This document shows, in pieces, positions 44,859-52,925 of a stretch of 64,000 nucleotides of DNA (its first letter is position 1; every line of letters starts with the position of its first letter). The stretch is from an uncultured Methanosarcinales archaeon (GTDB taxonomy: Archaea; Nanobdellota; Nanobdellia; Woesearchaeales; GW2011-AR15): NCBI GenBank assembly GCA_964512765.1, contig CAZEKF010000003.1, positions 5,249 to 69,248 of the forward strand, in the 5' to 3' direction. A program made the position numbers and the translations under genes. The notes under the pieces are model-generated. The model saw nothing but the letters and a program-made list of their open reading frames with translations, had not been told where the DNA came from and ran no database searches.

Positions 44859-46512
44859 TTATTAAATGTTCATAACTAACAAATTTGAAGTTTGTAAAGT
44901 ATGGTATTATTGGAATCGTAGTGAGCTCGTTTTTTTGTAACTCAATCTCTTGTTGTGTTTCTTGACTTTGAAAAAATTTCAAATCCTTATGTTCAATGCC
45001 TTCATATGCCTTATGGTATGTGTTATTGTATGCTTTCGGAAATCTTTGGTACCATCGTTCATCAACAGGAACATCAACTTTTCTTGCAATGTTCATGGTA
45101 ATTATAATCAGAACAAAAATAGTTAATATTTTCCATAAATGTTTTTTATTCTTAAAAACATGGTTAATACCTGAACCCATGAAAATAAACAAAATAGGTA
45201 GTACAAGCAAAATAAACGTTGTTTTAGCAACTTCCCAGTTTTCTTGAAATAATAAGAACAACATAAAAGGCAAGAACCATAACAGTAAAAGGAACTTCTT
45301 GTTTAGTTTTTTAAACAGTCCATAAATAACAAACGGAGTAAACATTCCAAAAATCTTTATTAATAATAAAGGTAAATATAGGAAAACAGGGAATGCATAA
45401 TGCGGTGTTCTAACAATTTCTGTGTGTAAGGGATAATTGAACAATCCATTAAACTTAAACTCATGGCCAAATAAAGAATGTGTAAATTCAGGCCGGTGTC
45501 CTTCAAAATCACTGTATTGAGAAGAATGTATTAAATAATTTCCAAACGCGTAGTTGTTCCAATACAAAGTCGGGATTAACACCAAGACACAAATACTAGA
45601 AAAAATAAGAGTTTTTTTAAAAAAATCTTTTTCTCTTAATAAAATAAAACCAATTGCTAATCCAAACAACAATGCAGTATTTCTTAATGATCCATAAATT
45701 CCATAGGTTAACCCTAGTATGACCCAATTATGTTTTTTTTGAACAAGTAAATAAATCATTATTATTGTAAGAATCATGCCAAGCAGGTTCGGGTTAAGTG
45801 TGTTTATTCCAAGTACATATCCGTTCAAAAACATAAAAATAGAAGTTATCAAAGAAAGTGTTTTATTTTTTATTAAAGTGTTGATTAGTCCATACAATAG
45901 AATAAACCCAAACATTACAAACAATGCATAGTACAACCTGAACCCGAACAAACCAAAAAATAAAAACGGGATAGAAAACACAATACCTGTACCAAGCCTT
46001 TGATCCTTTGAAATAATGCCGTATGCTTCTTTGTTAACCAGGTCATCTGGTAACTGGTTCTGAAGTTCGTACTCATATAGCAGGTTATTGTTTACATCAA
46101 CAAAATCAACGTTATTACCTGTCATGATTATTGCAGGCGAAGAAATGTAAGTGTCCCAGTAACCGAGAAAAGGTCCGGAATAATTCATAAAAAAAATCAA
46201 GAAAATAATAATAGAAAAGAACATAAGTGTAATCTCTTTCCCTGATATTGCTAGTTTTTTAACTTTTTTATTATTGAGGATTGAAAATAGAGAGAGTAAA
46301 ATTACTGAACCAAACACTGTAAAATGATTGATGTTTGTTTTTAACAATATTGCAAGTGAAAATGCTATAAACGGTATGATAAAATTCACTAACAAAAAGC
46401 CAAGTGATAATGCAAATAGTTTTTTTATTGACGTGTATTTTCTAAATATATTATATCCTAGTAACGCTGTCAAAAATAAATAAACCCCTCCTAGAAACAC
46501 TGAAAATAGCAT
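44800..46512 (-). CDS. large polytopic membrane protein, possible GT-C-fold glycosyltransferase
   Basis: 570 aa with about 14 or more hydrophobic helices. Coupled to the downstream TPR gene. The functional call rests on architecture and context only. Confidence 0.4.
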   Translation of the reverse strand: MLFSVFLGGVYLFLTALLGYNIFRKYTSIKKLFALSLGFLLVNFIIPFIAFSLAILLKTNINHFTVFGSVILLSLFSILNNKKVKKLAISGKEITLMFFSIIIFLIFFMNYSGPFLGYWDTYISSPAIIMTGNNVDFVDVNNNLLYEYELQNQLPDDLVNKEAYGIISKDQRLGTGIVFSIPFLFFGLFGFRLYYALFVMFGFILLYGLINTLIKNKTLSLITSIFMFLNGYVLGINTLNPNLLGMILTIIMIYLLVQKKHNWVILGLTYGIYGSLRNTALLFGLAIGFILLREKDFFKKTLIFSSICVLVLIPTLYWNNYAFGNYLIHSSQYSDFEGHRPEFTHSLFGHEFKFNGLFNYPLHTEIVRTPHYAFPVFLYLPLLLIKIFGMFTPFVIYGLFKKLNKKFLLLLWFLPFMLFLLFQENWEVAKTTFILLVLPILFIFMGSGINHVFKNKKHLWKILTIFVLIIITMNIARKVDVPVDERWYQRFPKAYNNTYHKAYEGIEHKDLKFFQSQETQQEIELQKNELTTIPIIPYFTNFKFVSYEHLINELSKDNIRPLAIWRYIYG

Positions 46513-46555
46513 GATAAACTAGATAATTCACAGATATTAAAAGTTATTTAAAATA

Positions 46556-46565
46556 TTTTATATAT
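46556..46565 (+). promoter_or_regulatory. TATA-box-like element TTTTATATAT centred about 27 nt upstream of the ATG at 46588
   Basis: The spacing matches an archaeal TATA box with a near-leaderless transcript. A chance match is possible in AT-rich DNA. Confidence 0.2.
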
Positions 46566-46587
46566 TCCTAATACATCTAAGTTAATT

Positions 46588-47814
46588 ATGGGGGATAAAA
46601 TAAAGTTAGTATTTGCCATGTTCATGTTCAGTATTATTTCTATTTTAATAACATGGCCCTTGGTTCTTAACATGAACGGGTTTTTATTAACACCTGAATA
46701 CCCTGACATATCACATTCAGACGCGCCTGTTCATATTGAACATATGCAACAAACAAGGTTAAGTTTATTAAATAAAACAGGTATTGTAATAAACCCAGGG
46801 TTTGGGAACGCACAAACATATGCATTATCAGGTGCTTTTATTACATTCGTGTTTGATGTAAAAGATGTTATGTTTCATAATCTATATCTCCTAGGAAGCA
46901 TTTTTCTTGCAGGTATTTTCATGTTCTTGTTAGTGTATGAATTATTCAAAGATTATTACACTGCAATGTTCAGTGGCATTATTTTTATAACATCAAACTT
47001 TTTTGTACAACAATATGTCTGGGGCCATGCAAACACATGGCAAATACAATGGATACCGTTAACATTTTTATTTCTTGAAAGAACATTAAAAAATAAGAAA
47101 ATTCAAGATTCTTTGCTATTAGGCATTGCACTAGCATTACAATTATTATCATCGACACAGATTATTGTTTATCTAAGTGTTTTGATTCCCTTATATCTGT
47201 TGTCCAGATATTTGTTTGTTGAAAAGAATAAATTACTTGATAAAAAAATCATAGTCAGGTTCATTGTATCTGGTTGTATTGCTCTGGTTTTATCTGGTTT
47301 TTATTTAATCAAGAGAATATCCCTACCACATTCAATTAGACTAATTGAATCAACTTACATTTACTCATGGGGCTTAACAAAACTTCACCCTATAACTGAA
47401 TATTTATCTGTAAATTCAAACATTTACATTGGTTTAGTTCAGTTTATTCTTGTTCTTGTATCAATATGTCTTATTCTGAAAAACATTAAATCATACAGGC
47501 AATTTCTTTCTTATGTGATACTAGGCATTTGTTTAGTTGTTTTATTAATGGGTCCAGTTTACAAGTTTTTACCTTACTTTTGGTTATATCATCTATGGCC
47601 GTTCTTCAAACATTTTATTGTAATTGAATATTTTTTTCCTTATTTGTTAATGTGTATAAGCATACTCTCAGGTTTTCCATTTTATTATCTTAAACAAAAA
47701 AAAGTTAAGGAAAAACACAGAATCTTAGTCATTGTTATGATTGTTTTGTTAATAATTTCCACACAAATAATAAAATCTGTATGGTTAACACAGCATCATA
47801 TTTATTTTCCTTGA
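46588..47814 (+). CDS. polytopic membrane protein, possible GT-C/YfhO-like glycosyltransferase
   Basis: 408 aa. N-terminal helix followed by ITWPLVLNMNGFLL, a pattern common in uncharacterised GT-C-like proteins. Multiple TM helices. Confidence 0.4.
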   Translation: MGDKIKLVFAMFMFSIISILITWPLVLNMNGFLLTPEYPDISHSDAPVHIEHMQQTRLSLLNKTGIVINPGFGNAQTYALSGAFITFVFDVKDVMFHNLYLLGSIFLAGIFMFLLVYELFKDYYTAMFSGIIFITSNFFVQQYVWGHANTWQIQWIPLTFLFLERTLKNKKIQDSLLLGIALALQLLSSTQIIVYLSVLIPLYLLSRYLFVEKNKLLDKKIIVRFIVSGCIALVLSGFYLIKRISLPHSIRLIESTYIYSWGLTKLHPITEYLSVNSNIYIGLVQFILVLVSICLILKNIKSYRQFLSYVILGICLVVLLMGPVYKFLPYFWLYHLWPFFKHFIVIEYFFPYLLMCISILSGFPFYYLKQKKVKEKHRILVIVMIVLLIISTQIIKSVWLTQHHIYFP

Positions 47815-47870
47815 CCTCTTCATTAATCAAAAACAAAGAATTATAATATTTATAGCTATTTAATTTAATA

Positions 47871-48950
47871 ATGGTAGATTTGTCATTAATAAAATTCTGT
47901 TCTAATTTAATTCATAAAAAAAATAGTATGCCGTTGTTTGTAACGTTTTTTGTTACAAATAAATGTAATTTAAGTTGTACGCATTGTTTTTATTCCTCTG
48001 AATTAAATAAACCTATCAAAGAATTGACTTTAAAAGAAATTAAAAACTTAGCAAAGTCAATGGACCATTTCCCAGTTTTGTACATTGGCGGCGGTGAACC
48101 GTTCCTTAGAAAAGATCTTGTAGAGATATGTTCTTATTTTTACAATTATAATAAAATCAAATATCTAGTTATTCCAACAAATGGATCATTTCCTAATCAA
48201 ATAAGTAAAACCATGGATGAAATATCTAACCTGTGTCCGAAAACAAGTGTTTTGTTAAATGTGTCAATCGACGGTGTTGAAAAAGAACATAATAAAATAC
48301 GAGGGAATAGTAAGTCATACGATCAAGCCATCAAAACATATAACTTAGCTAAATCATTAAAACCAAAACATGATAATTTAAAAGTTGGGTTTACAGTAAC
48401 GTTTACTGCTACTAACCAAAATAATATTTTAAGATGTTACAACCAGTTAAAAAAACTTAACCCAGATAATATACAATTAAATCTTATCAGAGGTTCACCA
48501 AAAAATCCAAAAGAAAAAGTTGTAAACATAAATAAATTCAAAAAACTTACTCAACAATTTCATAAAGATGTTAAAAATAAAGTTATACCTGGTTATGATC
48601 CTATCCATGTTTCAGCAGCAAGTTACCGCCATGAAATGATAATAAAGACATACAAAGAGAATACGTTTCAAACATTATGCTATGCATCACAGTTATCATG
48701 TGTAATTTATCCAGATGGTGAAGTTTATCCCTGTGAATTACTTGACAAAAGAATTGGCAATGTTCATGATTATAACTATAATTTCAAAGAGTTATGGTAT
48801 TCTGAAAAAAATAAAAAATTGTCTAATTGGATTAAAAAAACAAAATGTTATTGTACACATGAGTGTAATGTAACTTGTAACACGTTTCTTAACCATAAAC
48901 ATTTCACAAAAATTATTTCTAAATCTTTACTTAAACAAGTAACCAAGTAA
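47871..48950 (+). CDS. radical SAM protein with SPASM/twitch-type C-terminal domain (a different family from the array)
   Basis: Motifs TNKCNLSCTHCFY, GGGEPFLRKD, PTNG, CVIYPDGEVYPC (Gx4C) and CYCTHECNVTC. Confidence 0.85.
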   Translation: MVDLSLIKFCSNLIHKKNSMPLFVTFFVTNKCNLSCTHCFYSSELNKPIKELTLKEIKNLAKSMDHFPVLYIGGGEPFLRKDLVEICSYFYNYNKIKYLVIPTNGSFPNQISKTMDEISNLCPKTSVLLNVSIDGVEKEHNKIRGNSKSYDQAIKTYNLAKSLKPKHDNLKVGFTVTFTATNQNNILRCYNQLKKLNPDNIQLNLIRGSPKNPKEKVVNINKFKKLTQQFHKDVKNKVIPGYDPIHVSAASYRHEMIIKTYKENTFQTLCYASQLSCVIYPDGEVYPCELLDKRIGNVHDYNYNFKELWYSEKNKKLSNWIKKTKCYCTHECNVTCNTFLNHKHFTKIISKSLLKQVTK

Positions 48951-49880
48951 AAAGCTGCAACCATAACTTAGGTGTGCCATGAACGCACTTAAAACAGTAA
49001 AAGGAATTTCAATTAGTCTTACTTTGATTATTGTTTCAATGGTTATTATAAAAAAATAAATACTCATTACTGCTAAAAATATTGTTCTAAACAACATTGA
49101 AAATAATGAACTAACAAACCCAGTTATGACAAAAATAAAAAACAAGCAAGGTAACACATAATATTTGTAAATAACTTTCTTATCCTTGTACAATTTGCCG
49201 TTAAACAAACCATAATTAAACATTTGATTCATAAAAGGTAAGAATGATTTTTTTCTATGATGATAAACAATAACTTTTGGTGAGTATAATATCTTATATC
49301 CATTTTTAATAATATCATAACAAAATTTAGTATCTTCGCCAGTTTCAAGAGTTTCATCAAATCTAATCTTTTCAAAAGCCTTATATCTCACAATCAAATT
49401 ACATGTAGGAAGCTCGTTAATGTACTGTTTTTTTGATTTTGTTTGTCTAATGTATCCTTTTCCAAACCCAAATTTAAGTTTCATGACATTACCAGTAATT
49501 TTTTGAAAAAAAGTATCAGTATCAGGAGTTAGGTTAGGCCCGCCTACTGCCAAGATTTTCTTGTTTTTAAACAAAGGTACTGCGTTCTTTAACCAGTTTT
49601 TATCAGGAAACGCGTCTGAGTCAATGAACGCAATATATTCAGATGTTGTTTCTTTAACTGCAATGTTTCTTTTCTCAGGTATGTTCTTTGGTCCTGTTGG
49701 TTTAATAATCAATCTAGATTGTTTTTTATATTCTATTAATCGCTGACTAGGTTTATTATCTGGAAAAATACGAATTATGTAATTAGTATAATCTAGTTTT
49801 AAGCATTTATCAAGACATTCAAATAAATACTTATTCTCTTCTTTTACTACAACTACTATATCAATCAATGGTTTCATCAT
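48927..49880 (-). CDS. GT2 family glycosyltransferase with C-terminal TM helices
   Basis: Motifs IDIVVVVKEEN, AFIDSDAFP (DxD) and GEDTKFCYD. The last roughly 90 aa are hydrophobic. Confidence 0.8.
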   Translation of the reverse strand: MMKPLIDIVVVVKEENKYLFECLDKCLKLDYTNYIIRIFPDNKPSQRLIEYKKQSRLIIKPTGPKNIPEKRNIAVKETTSEYIAFIDSDAFPDKNWLKNAVPLFKNKKILAVGGPNLTPDTDTFFQKITGNVMKLKFGFGKGYIRQTKSKKQYINELPTCNLIVRYKAFEKIRFDETLETGEDTKFCYDIIKNGYKILYSPKVIVYHHRKKSFLPFMNQMFNYGLFNGKLYKDKKVIYKYYVLPCLFFIFVITGFVSSLFSMLFRTIFLAVMSIYFFIITIETIIKVRLIEIPFTVLSAFMAHLSYGCSFLLGYLFK

Positions 49881-51217
49881 ATGCTCTTTGTTATTATTGA
49901 AAATTTTGCTAGTTTATATATGTCCCAGACAGATAATATCCTCAGTATTCTTAACATTTTCTTTGGGTTCAAGTAAAAACTGCGATATGCTTTTTTTATA
50001 AGAATTTTTATATCTGAATTGGAGATGTTTGAAAATGCGTTATGATACGCTGTTCCATAAAAATATGCTTTTTCAGCATTAAAGTTATAGTTTCTATCAA
50101 CTGACTTGATTTGGTTGTACAGCTCTGTTCCAATCATTGGTATTAACCTACTAAACTGAGCAAAATCTGTGTCAAGTCTGCACGCAAATTTGATAGTTTG
50201 CTCAATATCTTTCTTTGTTTCCCAGGGAAACCCGATCATGTAGAAAGCAAACGTGTTCAAACTCAATTTCTTGCACCAGTTTACTACTTTAAAAAACTGT
50301 TCAAGTTCAATGTTTTTTTTAATCTTTTTCTGAATTTTTTTACTTCCTGTTTCAGGAGCAATGGCTATTAACCAAAACCCTGCATTTTTCATTTTTCGTA
50401 AAAGATTATAATTAAGTCTATCTGCTCTAACACCGTTAAACGCTTGTAATCTAAGTTTAATTTTTCTTTTAATGATTAAGTCACAAATCTCTTCTACTCT
50501 ACTCATATCATGTGTAAAATTATCGTCGCTTATTGCAATTTCTTTAACACCTAGTTTTTTGGCTTGCCATTCTATCTCATCAACAACATGCTCAGGGCTT
50601 CTTGGTCTCCATACAATATCATGGAAACAAAATACACATTTCTGCGGACATCCTCGAGATGTAACTATGCTAGAAATTGGCCTTTTTTTCTTTATCGGGA
50701 CATCGTATCTTTCAATAGGTACTTTGTCAAGAGCAGGAAAAGGAAGACTGTCAAGGCCAAACATTTGTTTTCTTTGGCCAGAATATACAATCTTCCCATT
50801 TTTTTGTTTAAAACATAATCCTTTTATTGATTCAGGTTTTTTTCCTTGCAAATATTCAAACATAGACTGTTCTGCCTCCCCTATTAAAACAACATCTGCT
50901 TCACTTTGTTCTAAATGGTTTTTTGCAATATCTAATGTTATTGGTCCGCCCAGGATCACTTTTTTGTTTGGATATTTAGTCTTAATAACAGATATAGTTC
51001 TATAAGTGTTTTCAATGTTAGATACATTAATACTAAAACAATAAAAATCATATTTGTCATAATCAATGTCATTTTTCTGAACATTACCATCAAAAATATC
51101 AATATCATAACCTTTTAACTCAAGAAAAGATGCAATGCCAAGTATACCTAGAGGAGGTAAAGTACTAACATAATGCTGCGGTGTGCTAGGCGGTAAAAAT
51201 GCAATTATTCCTTTCAT
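49877..51217 (-). CDS. B12-binding-domain radical SAM protein
   Basis: Motifs PPLGILGIASFLELKGYDIDIFDGNV and VTSRGCPQKCVFCFH. 446 aa. Confidence 0.85.
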   Translation of the reverse strand: MKGIIAFLPPSTPQHYVSTLPPLGILGIASFLELKGYDIDIFDGNVQKNDIDYDKYDFYCFSINVSNIENTYRTISVIKTKYPNKKVILGGPITLDIAKNHLEQSEADVVLIGEAEQSMFEYLQGKKPESIKGLCFKQKNGKIVYSGQRKQMFGLDSLPFPALDKVPIERYDVPIKKKRPISSIVTSRGCPQKCVFCFHDIVWRPRSPEHVVDEIEWQAKKLGVKEIAISDDNFTHDMSRVEEICDLIIKRKIKLRLQAFNGVRADRLNYNLLRKMKNAGFWLIAIAPETGSKKIQKKIKKNIELEQFFKVVNWCKKLSLNTFAFYMIGFPWETKKDIEQTIKFACRLDTDFAQFSRLIPMIGTELYNQIKSVDRNYNFNAEKAYFYGTAYHNAFSNISNSDIKILIKKAYRSFYLNPKKMLRILRILSVWDIYKLAKFSIITKSI

Positions 51218-51233
51218 GTTATTTTTGATCCTA

Positions 51234-52925
51234 TTATGAATTTGTTTTCTTAAAATAATAAATTAACAAAAAGACTGTTAACATTGAAGTTATTAAACCT
51301 ATCACATAGCTTGTTGGCAAATAATAAAATTCAACTGTTGTTTCATTTGAATTTACATGAGTTGAGAATAAACCATTTGTATCAATCACATCATGTGTCT
51401 TTGACTTCCATCCTTTGTGATAATTCTGGTTTAATACCAAAACATCATCATCTGTTAAATTAATGTTTACAATAACTCTGTTCGGTGAAAAATAATCAAT
51501 TGAAGCTTGTCCATTATCATGTAAAAGATACGCTTCTCCCCTATACCAATCATTCTCCTTCGGAATCACTGCAGTATCTAATTTAAGGTTTTCATAACAA
51601 TCAACATTACCAACATTTTTCAGGAAGTTAGGATATTCTGAATTGTCATAATCATATTTAACACTTGTTTGGTAAAATTCTTTCTCAGGTTGGATTTTGA
51701 TTGGTTCTATGTCAAAGGTATTGTTAATAATTGGGTAACTAACTGTGCCAAGATCTATTAATATAATAAAGACAAATAAATAAAAAATGAATTTCATTAT
51801 ACAATTTTTTTTAATTCTTTTATGAAGTTCATTTAAAAAAAAACCAGTTGTAACTGCAAAACAAAACAAAAACATAATGTTAAACCTTGACGGTAACCTT
51901 AGCGAACTAAAAACTGGAAACATGTGCAACAATTTCCACAGTCCAAATTTAACATTACCCAAGAATAAATTAAAAAATACTGCAGTTAACAAAACAAACT
52001 TCCAGGCTTTTTTATAAAAAAAAGGCAAACATAATAAAAAAAGTATGACAGGCAGGAACCCAACATATGTACCATACTCATGCCACCAGTACGGTGTAAT
52101 ATCAGAAAATTTCATATGATTCTGATCCCTGGACAATATTGAATGGTATACCAGGTTAAGGTCAAGTTTCTGATTCAGTTCTGTTTTTCTAGGATGTTCA
52201 GACATTATTTCTAGCATTGGTAAAATTTTAACAGAACCTAGTAACAAAAAGATCAAAGTGACAAAAACCAAATTCATTACAGGCTCAATTTTCCTCTTTT
52301 CAACTGACTCAAAAACCGCATACATGAACAATAACAAAAGAGTAAATGGAAGTATTGTATAAGAACCACTGAATAACATTAGCAATAAAACTAATGAACA
52401 ATAAACAATGTTAATCTTATTTTCTTGGATCCTGAGATAAAATAACATTGCCCAAGGTATAAATACTATTGACCAATAAGATTGATGACCTTCTATTACT
52501 CGTAAAGCAAATGTACTTGAAAACATAAAAATAAAAGATGAAATTATAGAAGCTAAGTCTGATAGTTTTAATTGTTTGCATAGCACATACATTCCGAGCA
52601 AACCTGTAAAGAAATATAACAAGAGTTGCACCTTAAGTCCTAAGTCAACCCCTAACATAAGTGTAAAAACAAAAAAAGGTGATAAGGATAATGAATGAGG
52701 AAGTGCTAAATATACATTCCCTCCACAGTAATACGGGTTCCATAACGGCATTTGACGATATTCTAATATTGTTTTCCTGGGAACAGCATTAAAAAAACTT
52801 AACTGGTTCCAGTCACGGTCGCCCCATTTATCATAATTCTGAAAAACAGGTGATAAATAAAGTAACGAAACAATTGCAAAAAAATACAACATTTGTTTAG
52901 TTTTATTACGCATTTTATTAACCAA
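51234..52925 (-). CDS. polytopic membrane protein, YfhO-like/GT-C-like
   Basis: 563 aa. The N-terminal loop DRDWNQLSFFNAVPRKTILEYRQMPLWNPYYCGG resembles the conserved first loop of YfhO-type proteins. About 12 or more TM helices plus a C-terminal soluble domain and a final TM helix. Confidence 0.45.
   Translation of the reverse strand: MVNKMRNKTKQMLYFFAIVSLLYLSPVFQNYDKWGDRDWNQLSFFNAVPRKTILEYRQMPLWNPYYCGGNVYLALPHSLSLSPFFVFTLMLGVDLGLKVQLLLYFFTGLLGMYVLCKQLKLSDLASIISSFIFMFSSTFALRVIEGHQSYWSIVFIPWAMLFYLRIQENKINIVYCSLVLLLMLFSGSYTILPFTLLLLFMYAVFESVEKRKIEPVMNLVFVTLIFLLLGSVKILPMLEIMSEHPRKTELNQKLDLNLVYHSILSRDQNHMKFSDITPYWWHEYGTYVGFLPVILFLLCLPFFYKKAWKFVLLTAVFFNLFLGNVKFGLWKLLHMFPVFSSLRLPSRFNIMFLFCFAVTTGFFLNELHKRIKKNCIMKFIFYLFVFIILIDLGTVSYPIINNTFDIEPIKIQPEKEFYQTSVKYDYDNSEYPNFLKNVGNVDCYENLKLDTAVIPKENDWYRGEAYLLHDNGQASIDYFSPNRVIVNINLTDDDVLVLNQNYHKGWKSKTHDVIDTNGLFSTHVNSNETTVEFYYLPTSYVIGLITSMLTVFLLIYYFKKTNS

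Noticed and set aside
50472-51005. Long antisense or nested ORFs in the track: 50472-51005, 9952-10440, 16714-17133, 37057-37479, 59568-59999, 60576-60905, 9083-9388, 13533-13838, 34186-34530, 34669-35052, 36256-36648 and many 60-100 aa ones.
   Set aside because: All lie wholly or largely inside, and opposite or out of frame to, much longer ORFs with clear homology motifs. Their translations are low-complexity and typical of shadow frames in AT-rich coding DNA.
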